A DNA stretch of 64,000 nt from Bugula neritina (taxonomy: Eukaryota > Animalia > Bryozoa), in contig OZ037765.1 in the NCBI GenBank assembly GCA_964035545.1, positions 15,200,698 to 15,264,697 of the forward strand, read 5' to 3'. The notes beneath the pieces were generated by a model. It was given only the letters and a program-made list of their open reading frames with translations. It did no database searches and was not told where the DNA came from. A program made the position numbers and the translations under genes. This document shows, piece after piece, positions 46,801-62,000 of the stretch (positions are counted from its first letter, which is position 1; every line of letters begins with the position of its first letter).

Positions 46801-49800
46801 TACTGCAACATGCTAAAATACACTGTAACATACTGAAATAAACTGCAAAATACTGCAACATACCAAAATACACTGTAACAAACTGAAATACACTCCAACA
46901 TACTACAACATACTGAAATATACTGAACATATTGAAATACATCGCAACACATTGAAATATACTGCAACATACCGAAATATATGGTAAACTACTGAAATAT
47001 ACTGTAACACATTGAAACCTACCGCAAAATACTAAAATACACTGCAACACATTGAAGTATACTGTAATATATGGAAATGTAATGTAAAATACTTAAACAT
47101 ACGACAACATACTAAAAAATATACTGCAACATACTGAATTACACTGCAATATACTGAAATATACTTCAACATACTGAAACATACCTAAAACTATTGAAAT
47201 ATACTGAAATACAGTGTAGGATATTGAAATACACTGCAACAATTTTGAATATACAGCAACATACCGAATTATATGGTCACCTACTGAAATATGTTGCAAA
47301 CTACTGAAATACACTGCAACATACTGCAACATAATGAAATATACTGTAACACACTGGAATAAACTGCAAAATACTGAAATATACTGTAACATACTGAAAC
47401 ATACTGCAACATACCGAAATATACTGCGACACATTGAAATATACTGCAACACATTGAAATATACTGCAACACACTGAAACATACGGCAACATATTGAACT
47501 ATACTGCAACACATTGAAATATACCGCAACATACTGCAACATACTGCAACATACTAAAATGCACTGTAAAATATTGAAGTGCACTGCAACACATTGATAT
47601 ATACTGCAACACACTGATATATACAGCAACATACTGAAATATACTGCGACACATTGAAATATACTGCAACATAGTCAAATATAATGCAAGATACTGCAAC
47701 ATTCTGAAATACACTGTGACATACTGAAATACACTGCAACATACTGCAACATACTGCAACATACTGAAATACACTGTCACATATTGAAGTACACAGCAAC
47801 ACATTGAAACATACTGCAACACACTGAAACATACGGCAACATACTGAAATATACTGCAACGCATTGAAATATACTGCAACATACTGAAATATGCTGTAGT
47901 ATACTGAAATACACTGCAACATATTGTAGTACACTGTAATATACAGAAATGTACTGCAACATACTGAAACATATGTCAACATACTGAAATGTACTGCAAC
48001 ATGCTGAAACATATTGCAACATACTGAAATACACTGTAACAAACCCAATTACACTGCAACAAACTGCAACATACTGAATTACGCTGTAACATATTGAAAT
48101 ACGCTCTAACACATTGAAAGAAACTGCAACATACCTAAATATACGATAATATACTGAAATATACTGTAACATATTGAAAAACATTGCAACATACTGAAAC
48201 ATGCTGTAGCACACTGAAATACACTGCAACATACTGAAATACACTGTAAAATACTGAAATACACTGCAACATACTGCAACATACTGAAATACACTGTAAC
48301 CTAGTGAAATACACTGCAACATACTACAACATACTGAAATACACTGTAACATTATGAACTACACTGCAACACATTAAAAAATACTGCAACATACCGAAAT
48401 GTATGGCAAACTACTGAAATATACTGTAACACATTTAAAAAAACTGCATCATACTAAAATATACTGTAACACACTGAAATATACTGCAAAACACTGAAAT
48501 ACATTGTAACATACTGAAATACACTGTAACATACTGAAATATACTGCAACACACTGCAACATGCTGAAATACGCTGTAACATACTGAAATACACTGCAAC
48601 ATACTACAACACATTGAAATACACTGCAACACATTGAAATAAACCGCAACATACCTAAATATACGATAATATACTGAAATATACTGTAACACATTGAAAA
48701 ACATTGCAACTTACTGAAACATGCTGTAGCACACTGAAATACACTGCAACATACTGAAATACACTGTAAAATACTGAAATACACTGCAACATGCTGAAAT
48801 ACACTGTAACCTACTGAAATAAGCTGTAGCACACTGAAATATACTGCAACATACTGAAATATAATGCAAGTTACTACAACATACTGAAATACACTGTGAC
48901 ATACTGAGATACACTGCAACATATGGCAACATACTGCAACATACTGAAATACACTGTAACATATTGAATATCACTGCAACACCTTGAAATATACTGCAAC
49001 ACACTGAAAGATACGGCAACATACTGAAATATACTGCGACACATTGAAATACACTGCAGCATACTGAAATATGCTGTAGTATACTGAAATATACTGTAAC
49101 ACACTGTAATATACTGCAACATACTGCAACATACTGACATACATAGAACATACTGAAATACACTGCAACATATTACAACATACTGAAACACACTGTAACC
49201 TACTAAAATATGCTGTAGCACACTGAAATATACTGCAACATACTGGGATATAATGCAAGTTACTACAACATACTGAAATACAATGTGACATACTGAGATA
49301 CACTGCAACAGCTTGAAATATACTGCAACACACTGAAAGATACGGCAACATACTGAAGTATACTGCGACACATTGAAATATACTGCAGCATACTGAAATA
49401 CTCTGTAGCATACTGAAATATACTGTAACACACTGAAATATACTGCAACATACTGAAATACATTGTAACATACTGAAATATACTGCAACATACTGAAATA
49501 CACCGTAACATACTGAAATATACTGCAACATACTGCAACATACCGAAATACACTGTAACATACTGAAATACACTGCAACATACTGCAACATACTGAAATA
49601 CACTGGAACATATTGAAACACACTACAACACATTAAAATATACTGCAACACACTGAAACATACAGCAATATACCAAAATATACTGCGACACATTGACATA
49701 TACTGCAACATAGTTAAATATAATGCAAGATACTGCAATATTCTGAAATACACTGTGACATACTGAAATACACTGCAACATACTGCAACATACTGCAACA

Positions 49801-50600
49801 TACTGCAACATACTGCAACATACACTGAAATACACTGTAAAATATTGAAGTGCACTGCAACACATTGAAATATACTGCAACACACTGAAATATACGGCAA
49901 CATACTGAAATATACTGCAACACATTGAAATATACTGCACCATAGTCAAATATAATGCAAGATACTGTAACATTCTGAAATACACTGTGACATACTGAAA
50001 TACACTGCAACATACTGCTACATACTGCAACATACTGCAACATATTGAAATACACTGTCACATATTGAAGTACACTGCAACACATTGAAATATACTGCAA
50101 CACACTGAAACATACGGCAACATACTGAAATATACTGCAACACATTGAAATATACTGCAACATACTGAAATATGCTGTAGTATACTAAAATACACTGCAA
50201 CACAGTGAAGTATACTGTAAAATACAGAAATATACTGTAACATACTGAAACATATGTCAGAATACTGAAATGTACTGCGACATGCTGAAATATATTGCAA
50301 CATACTGAATAACACTGTAACATACTCAATTACACTGCAACAAACTGCAACATACTGAACTACGCTGTAACATATTGAAATACGCTCCAACACATTGAAA
50401 GAAACTGCAACATACCTAAATATACGATAATATACTGAAATATACTGTAACACATTAAAAAACATTGCAACATACTGAAACATGCTGTAGCACACTGAAA
50501 TACACTGCAACATACTGAAATACACTGTAAAATACTGAAATACACCGCAACATACTGCAACATACTGAAATACACCGTAACCAACTGGAATATGCTGTAG
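40810..50600. repeat. Higher-order repeat, about 5629-5650-bp period (approximate)
   Basis: ORF-track matches 41464/47093, 41925/47554, 42806/48435, 43082/48711 (+5629); 44377/50018 (+5641). Confidence 0.85.
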
Positions 50601-53600
50601 CACATTGAAATATACTGCAACACACTGAAAGATACGGCAACATACTGAAATATACTGCGACACATTGAAATATACTGCAGAATACTGAAATATGCTGTAG
50701 CATACTGAAATATACTGTAACACACTGAAATATACTGCAACACACTGCAACAACCTGAAATACACTGTGACATACTGAAAAACACTGCAACTTATTACAA
50801 CATATTGAAATACACTGCAACACAATAAAATATACTGCAACACACTGAAACATACGGCAACATATTGAAATATACTGCAACACATTGAAATATACCGCAA
50901 CATACTGAAATATGCTGTAGCACACTGAAATACACTTCAACCAACTGCAACATACTGAAATACACTGGAACATATTGAAATACACTACAACACATTGAAA
51001 TATACTGCAACACACTGAAACATACAGCAACATACTGAAATATACTGCGACACATTGAGATATACTGCAACATAGTTCACTATAATGCAAGATAATGCAA
51101 CATTCTGAAATACACTGTCACATATTGAAATACACTGCAACATACTGCAACATACTGCAGCATACTGAAATACACTGTAACATATTGAAGTGCACTGCAA
51201 CACATTGAAATATACTGCAACATACTGAAATATAATGCAAGTTACTACAACATACTGAATTACACTGCAACATACTGAAATACACTGTAAAACACTGAAA
51301 TACACCGCAACATACTGCAACATACTGAAATACACCGTAACCAACTGGAATATGCTGTAGCACACTGAAATACACTGCAACATACTGAAATACACTGTAA
51401 AATACTGAAATACACTGCAACATACAGCAACATACTGAAATACACTGTAACCTACTGAAATACACTGGAACATACTACAACATACTGAAATACACAGTAA
51501 CATTATGAATTACACTGCAACACATTGAAAAATAACTGCAACATACCGAAATGTATGGTAAACTACTGAAAGATACTGTAACACATTGAAAAAAACTGCA
51601 ACGTACTGAAATATACTGTAGCACACTGAAATATACTGCAACATACTGAGATATAATGCAAGTTACTACAACATACTGAAATACACTGTGACATACTGAG
51701 ATACACTGCAACAGCTTGAAATATACTGCAACACACTGAAAGATACGGCAACATACTGAAGTATACTGCGACACATTGAAATATACTGCAGCATACTGAA
51801 ATACTCTGTAGCATACTGAAATATACTGTAACACACTGAAACACACTGCAACATACTGAAATACATTGTAACATACTGAAATATACTGCAACATACTGAA
51901 ATACACTGTAACATACTGAAATATACTGCAACATACTGCAACATACCGAAATACACTGTAACATACTGAAATACACTGCAACATACTGCAACATACTGAA
52001 ATACACTGGAACATATTGAAACACACTACAACACATTGAAATATACTGCAACACACTGAAACCTACAGCAATATACCAAAATATACTGCGACACATTGAC
52101 ATATACTGCAACATAGTTAAATATAATGCAAGATACTGCAATATTCTGAAATACACTGTGACATACTGAAATACACTGCAACATACTGCAACATACTGCA
52201 ACATACTGCAACATACTGCAACATACTGAAATACACTGTAAAATATTGAAGTGCACTGCAACACATTGAAATATACTGCAACACACTGAAAGATACGGCA
52301 ACATACTGAAATATACTGCGACACATTGAAATATACTGCAGAATACTGAAATATGCTGTAGCATACTGAAATATACTGTAACACACTGAAATATACTGCA
52401 ACACACTGCAACAACCTGAAATACACTGTGACATACTGAAATACACTGCAACTTATTACAACATATTGAAATACACTGCAACACAATAAAATATACTGCA
52501 ACACACTGAAACATACGGCAACATATTGAAATATACTGCAACACATTGAAATATACCGCAACATACTGAAATATGCTGTAGCACACTGAAATACACTTCA
52601 ACCAACTGCAACATACTGAAATACACTGGAACATATTGAAATACACTACAACACATTGAAATATACTGCAACACACTGAAACATACAGCAACATACTGAA
52701 ATATACTGCGACACATTGAGATATACTGCAACATAGTTCACTATAATGCAAGATAATGCAACATACTGAAATACACTGCAACACATTGAAATAAACCGCA
52801 ACATACCTAAATATACGGTAACATACTGAAATATACTGTAACACATTGAAAAACATTGTAACATACTGAAACATACTGAAATATGCTGTAGCACACTGAA
52901 ATACACCGCAATTCACTGAAAAATAGTGTAATATACGGAAATGTACCGTAACATACTGAAATATACTGTAACAGACTGAAATGTACTGTAACACACTGAA
53001 ATATACTGCAACATGCTGAAATACACTCTGACATACTGAAATACACTGCGACACATTGAAATAAACCGCAACATACCTAAATATACGGTAACATACTGAA
53101 ATATACTGTAACACATTGAAAAACATTGTAACATACTGAAACATACTGAAATATGCTGTAGCACACTGAAATACACCGCAATTCACTGAAAAATAGTGTA
53201 ATATACGGAAATGTACCGAAACATACTGAAATAAACTGTAACAGACTGAAATGTACTGTAACACACTGAAATATACTGCAACATGCTGAAATACACTGTA
53301 ACATACTGAAATAAACTGCAAAATACTGCAACATACCAAAATACACTGTAACAAACTGAAATACACTCCAACATACTACAACATACTGAAATATACTGTA
53401 ACATATTGAAATACATCGCAACACATTGAAATATACTGCAACATACCGAAATATATGGTAAACTACTGAAATATACTGTAACACATTGAAACCTACCGCA
53501 AAATACTAAAATACACTGCAACACATTGAAGTATACTGTAATATATAGAAATGTACTGTAAAATACTTAAACATACGACAACATACTAAAAAATATACTG

Positions 53601-56509
53601 CAACATACTGAATTACACTGCAATATACTGAAATATACTCCAACATACTGAAACATACCTAAAATTATTGAAAAATACTGAAATACAGTGTAGGATATTG
53701 AAATACACTGCAACAATTTTGAATATACAGCAACATACCGAATTATATGGTCACCTACTGAAATATGTTGCAAACTACTGAAATACACTGCAACATACTG
53801 CAACATAATGAAATATACTGTAACACACTGGAATAGACTGCAAAATACTGAAATATACTGTAACATACTGAAACATACTGCAACATACCGAAATATACTG
53901 CGACACATTGAAATATACTGCAACACATTGAAATATACTGCAACACACTGAAACATACGGCAACATATTGAAATATACTGCATCACATTGAAATATACCG
54001 CAACATACTGCAACATACTGCAACATACTAAAATGCACTGTAAAATATTGAAGTGCACTGCAACACATTGATATATACTGCAACACACTGATATATACAG
54101 CAACATACTGAAATATACTGCGACACATTGAGATATACTGCAACATAGTTCACTATAATGCAAGATACTGCAACATTCTGAAATACACTGTGACATACTG
54201 AAATACACTGCAACATACTGCAACATACTGCAACATACTGCAACATACTGAAATACACTGTCACATGTTGAAGTACACTGCAACACATTGAAATATACTG
54301 CAACACACTGAAACATACGGCAACATACTGAAATATACTGCAACGCATTGAAATATACTGCAACATACTGAAATATGCTGTAGTATACTGAAATACACTG
54401 CAACATATTGTAGTACACTGTAATATACAGAAATGTACTGCAACATACTGAAACATATGTCAACATACTGAAATGTACTGCAACATGCTGAAATATATTG
54501 CAACATACTGAAATACACTGTAACAAACCCAATTACACTGCAACAAACTGCAACATACTGAATTACGCTGTAACATATTGAAATACGCTCTAACACATTG
54601 AAAGAAACTGCAACATACCTAAATATACGATAATATACTGAAATATACTGTAACACATTGAAAAACATTGCAACATACTGAAACATGCTGTAGCACACTG
54701 AAATACACTGCAACATACTGAAATACACTGTAAAATACTGAAATACACTGCAACATACTGCAACATACTGAAATACACTGTAACCTAGTGAAATACACTG
54801 CAACATACTACAACATACTGAAATACACTGTAACATTATGAACTACACTGCAACACATTAAAAAATACTGCAACATACCGAAATATATGGTAAACTACTG
54901 AAATATACTGTAACACATTTAAAAAAACTGCATCATACTAAAATATACTGTAACACACTGAAATATACTGCAAAACACTGAAATACATTGTAACATACTG
55001 AAATACACTGTAACATACTGAAATATACTGCAACACACTGCAACATGCTGAAATACGCTGTAACATACTGAAATGCACTGCAACATACTACAACATATTG
55101 AAATACACTGCAACACATTGAAATATACTGCAACACACTGAAACATACGGCAGCATATTGAAATATACTGCAACACATTGAAATATACCGCAACATACTG
55201 AAATATGCTGTAGCACACTGAAATACACTGCAACCCACTATAATATAGTGTAATATACAGAAATGTACTGTAACATAGTGAAATATACTGTAACATACTG
55301 AAAGATACTGCAACATACTGAAGTACACTGCAACATACTGCAACATACTGAAATACACTGGAACATATTGAAATACACTACAACACATTGCAATATACTG
55401 CAACACACTGAAACGTACGGCAACATACTGAAATATACTGCGACACATTGAGATATACTGCAACATAGTTAAATATAATGCAAGATACTGCGACATACTG
55501 AAATACACTGTGACATACTGAAATACCCTGCAACATACTGCAACATACTGGAATACACTGCAACACATTGAAATAAACCGCAACATACCTAAATATACGG
55601 TAATATACTGAAATATACTGTAACACATCAAAAAACATTGCAACATACTGCAACATACTGAATTACGCTGTAACATATTGAAATACACTACAACACATTG
55701 CAATATACTGCAACACACTGAAACGTACGGCAACATACTGAAATATACTGCGACACATTGAGATATACTGCAACATAGTTAAATATAATGCAAGATACTG
55801 CGACATACTGAAATACACTGTGACATACTGAAATACACTGCAACATACTACAACACATTGAAATACACTGCAACACATTGAAATAAACCGCAACATACCT
55901 AAATATACGATAATATACTGAAATATACTGTAACACATTGAAAAACATTGCAACTTACTGAAACATGCTGTAGCACACTGAAATACACTGCAACATACTG
56001 AAATACACTGTAAAATACTGAAATACATTGCAACATGCTGAAATACACTGTAACCTACTGAAATATGCTGTAGCACACTGAAATATACTGCAACATACTG
56101 AAATATAATGCAAGTTACTACAACATACTGAAATACACTGTGACATACTGAGATACACTGCAACATATGGCAACATACTGCAACATACTGAAATACACTG
56201 TAACATATTGAATATCACTGCAACACCTTGAAATATACTGCAACACACTGAAAGATACGGCAACATACTGAAATATACTGCGACACATTGAAATATACTG
56301 CAGCATACTGAAATATGCTGTAGTATACTGAAATATACTGTAACACACTGTAATATACTGCAACATACTGCAACATACTGACATACATAGAACATACTGA
56401 AATACACTGCAACATATTACAACATACTGAAACACACTGTAACCTACTAAAATATGCTGTAGCACACTGAAATATACTGCAACATACTGAGATATAATGC
56501 AAGTTACTA

Positions 56510-59090
56510 CAACATACTGAAATACAATGTGACATACTGAGATACACTGCAACAGCTTGAAATATACTGCAACACACTGAAAGATACGGCAACATACTGA
56601 AGTATACTGCGACACATTGAAATATACTGCAGCATACTGAAATACTCTGTAGCATACTGAAATATACTGTAACACACTGAAATATACTGCAACATACTGA
56701 AAAACATTGTAACATACTGAAATATACTGCAACATACTGAAATACACCGTAACATACTGAAATATACTGCAACATACTGCAACATACCGAAATACATTGT
56801 AACATACTGAAATACACTGCAACATACTGCAACATACTGAAATACACTGGAACATATTGAAACACACTACAACACATTGAAATATACTGCAACACACTGA
56901 AACATACAGCAATATACCAAAATATACTGCGACACATTGACATATACTGCAACATAGTTAAATATAATGCAAGATACTGCAGTATTCTGAAATACACTGT
57001 GACATACTGAAATACACTGCAACATACTGCAACATACTGCAACATACTGCAACATACTGCAACATACTGAAATACACTGTAAAATATTGAAGTGCACTGC
57101 AACACATTGAAATATACTGCAACACACTGAAATATACGGCAACATACTGAAATATACTGCAACACATTGAAATATACTGCAACATAGTCAAATATAATGC
57201 AAGATACTGTAACATTCTGAAATACACTGTGACATACTGAAATACACTGCAACATACTGCTACATACTGCAACATACTGCAACATATTGAAATACCCTGT
57301 CACATATTGAAGTACACTGCAACACATTGAAATATACTGCAACACACTGAAACATACGGCAACATACTGAAATACACTGCAACACATTGAAATATACTGC
57401 AACATACTGAAATATGCTGTAGTATACTAAAATACACTGCAACACAGTGAAGTATACTGTAAAATACAGAAATATACTGTAACATACTGAAACATATGTC
57501 AGAATACTGAAATGTACTGCAACATGCTGAAATATATTGCAACATACTGAATAACACTGTGCCATACTCAATTACACTGCAACAAACTGCAACATACTGA
57601 ACTACGCTGTAACATATTGAAATACGCTCCAACACATTGAAAGAAACTGCAACATACCTAAATATACGATAATATACTGAAATATACTGTAACACATTAA
57701 AAAACATTGCAACATACTGAAACATGCTGTAGCACACTGAAATACACTGCAACATACTGAAATACACTGTAAAATACTGAAATACACCGCAACATACTGC
57801 AACATACTGAAATACAATGTGACATACTGAGATACACTGCAACAGCTTGAAATATACTGCAACACACTGAAAGATACGGCAACATACTGAAGTATACTGC
57901 GACACATTGAAATATACTGCAGCATACTGAAATACTCTGTAGCATACTGAAATATACTGTAACACACTGAAATATACTGCAACATACTGAAATACATTGT
58001 AACATACTGAAATATACTGCAACATACTGAAATACACCGTAACATACTGAAATATACTGCAACATACTGCAACATACCGAAATACACTGTAACATACTGA
58101 AATACACTGCAACATACTGCAACATACTGAAATACACTGGAACATATTGAAACACACTACAACACATTGAAATATACTGCAACACACTGAAACATACAGC
58201 AATATACCAAAATATACTGCGACACATTGACATATACTGCAACATAGTTAAATAAAATGCAAGATACTGCAATATTCTGAAATACACTGTGACATACTGA
58301 AATACACTGCAACATACTGCAACATACTGCAACATACTGCAACATACTGCAACATACTGAAATACACTGTAAAATATTGAAGTGCACTGCAACACATTGA
58401 AATATACTGCAACACACTGAAATATACGGCAACATACTGAAATATACTGCAACACATTGAAATATACTGCAACATAGTCAAATATAATGCAAGATACTGT
58501 AACATTCTGAAATACACTGTGACATACTGAAATACACTGCAACATACTGCTACATACTGCAACATACTGCAACATATTGAAATACACTGTCACATATTGA
58601 AGTACACTGCAACACATTGAAATATACTGCAACACACTGAAACATACGGCAACATACTGAAATATACTGCAACACATTGAAATATACTGCAACATACTGA
58701 AATATGCTGTAGTATACTAAAATACACTGCAACACAGTGAAGTATACTGTAAAATACAGAAATATACTGTAACATACTGAAACATATGTCAGAATACTGA
58801 AATGTACTGCGACATGCTGAAATATATTGCAACATACTGAATAACACTGTAACATACTCAATTACACTGCAACAAACTGCAACATACTGAACTACGCTGT
58901 AACATATTGAAATACGCTCCAACACATTGAAAGAAACTGCAACATACCTAAATATACGATAATATACTGAAATATACTGTAACACATTAAAAAACATTGC
59001 AACATACTGAAACATGCTGTAGCACACTGAAATACACTGCAACATACTGAAATACACTGTAAAATACTGAAATACACCGCAACATACTGC
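56510..59090. repeat. 1290-bp tandem duplication (approximate)
   Basis: ORF-track matches 56867/58157, 56958/58248, 57260/58550. Confidence 0.8.
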
Positions 59091-62000
59091 AACATACTGA
59101 AATACACCGTAACCAACTGGAATATGCTGTAGCACACTGAAATATACTGCAACATACTGAAATATAATGCAAGTTACTACAACATACTGAAATACACTGT
59201 AACCAACTGGAATATACTGTAACACACTGAAATATACTGCAACACACTGCAACATACTGAAATACACTGTGACATACTGAAATACACTGCAACTTATTAC
59301 AACATATTGAAATACACTGCAACACAATAAAATATACTGCAACACACTGAAACATACGGCAACATATTGAAATATACTGCAACACATTGAAATATACCGC
59401 AACATACTGAAATATGCTGTAGCACACTGAAATACACTTCAACCAACTGCAACATACTGAAATACACTGGAACATATTGAAATACACTACAACACATTGA
59501 AATATACTGCAACACACTGAAACATACAGCAACATACTGAAATATACTGCGACACATTGAGATATACTGCAACATAGTTCACTATAATGCAAGATAATGC
59601 AACATACTGAAATACACTGCAACACATTGAAATAAACCGCAACATACCTAAATATACGGTAACATACTGAAATATACTGTAACACATTGAAAAACATTGT
59701 AACATACTGAAACATACTGAAATATGCTGTAGCACACTGAAATACACCGCAATTCACTGAAAAATAGTGTAATATACGGAAATGTACCGTAACATACTGA
59801 AATATACTGTAACAGACTGAAATGTACTGTAACACACTGAAATATACTGCAACATGCTGAAATACACTGTAACATACTGAAATAAACTGCAACATACTGC
59901 AACATATCAAAATACACTGTAACAAACTGAAAGACACTCCAACATACTACAACATACTGAAATACACTGTAACATATTGAAATACATCGCAACACATTGA
60001 AATATACCGCAACATACTGAAATATGCTGTAGCACACTGAAATACACTTCAACATACTGCAACATACTGAAATACAATGGAACATATTGAAATACACTAC
60101 AACACATTGAAATATACTGCAACACACTGAAACATACAGCAACATACTGAAATATACTGCGACACATTGAGATATACCGCAACATAGTTAAATATAATGC
60201 AAGATACTGCAACATACTGCAATACACTCTGACATACTGAAATACACTGCGACACATTGAAATAAACCGCAACATACCTAAATATACGGTAACATACTGA
60301 AATATACTGTAACACATTGAAAAACATTGTAACATACTGAAACATACTGAAATATGCTGTAGCACACTGAAATACACCGCAATTCACTGAAAAATAGTGT
60401 AATATACGGAACTGTACCGAAATGTACTGAAATAAACTGTAACAGACTGAAATGTACTGCAACATGCTAAAATACACTGTAACATACTGAAATAAACTGC
60501 AAAATACTGCAACATACCAAAATACACTGTAACAAACTGAAATACACTCCAACATACTACAACATACTGAAATATACTGTAACATATTGAAATACATCGC
60601 AACACATTGAAATATACTGCAACATACCGAAATATATGGTAAACTACTGAAATATACTGTAACACATTGAAACCTACCGCAAAATACTAAAATACACTGC
60701 AACACATTGAAGTATACTGTAATATATGGAAATGTAATGTAAAATACTTAAACATACGACAACATACTAAAAAATATACTGCAACATACTGAATTACACT
60801 GCAATATACTGAAATATACTTCAACATACTGAAACATACCTAAAATTATTGAAATATACTGAAATACAGTGTAGGATATTGAAATACACTGCAACAATTT
60901 TGAATATACAGCAACATACCGAATTATATGGTCACCTACTGAAATATGTTGCAAACTACTGAAATACACTGCAACATACTGCAACATAATGAAATATACT
61001 GTAACACACTGGAATAAACTGCAAAATACTGAAATATACTGTAACATACTGAAACATACTGCAACATACCGAAATATACTGCGACACATTGAAATATACT
61101 GCAACACATTGAAATATACTGCAACACACTGAAACATACGGCAACATATTGAACTATACTGCAACACATTGAAATATACCGCAACATACTGCAACATACT
61201 GCAACATACTAAAATGCACTGTAAAATATTGAAGTGCACTGCAACACATTGATATATACTGCAACACACTGATATATACAGCAACATACTGAAATATACT
61301 GCAACACAGTGAAATATACTGCAACATAGTCAAATATAATGCAAGATACTGTAACATTCTGAAATACACTGTGACATACTGAAATACACTGCAACATACT
61401 GCTACATACTGCAACATACTGCAACATATTGAAATACCCTGTCACATATTGAAGTACACTGCAACACATTGAAATATACTGCAACACACTGAAACATACG
61501 GCAACATACTGAAATACACTGCAACACATTGAAATATACTGCAACATACTGAAATATGCTGTAGTATACTAAAATACACTGCAACACAGTGAAGTATACT
61601 GTAAAATACAGAAATATACTGTAACATACTGAAACATATGTCAGAATACTGAAATGTACTGCAACATGCTGAAATATATTGCAACATACTGAATAACACT
61701 GTGCCATACTCAATTACACTGCAACAAACTGCAACATACTGAACTACGCTGTAACATATTGAAATACGCTCCAACACATTGAAAGAAACTGCAACATACC
61801 TAAATATACGATAATATACTGAAATATACTGTAACACATTAAAAAACATTGCAACATACTGAAACATGCTGTAGCACACTGAAATACACTGCAACATACT
61901 GAAATACACTGTAAAATACTGAAATACACCGCAACATACTGCAACATACTGAAATACAATGTGACATACTGAGATACACTGCAACAGCTTGAAATATACT

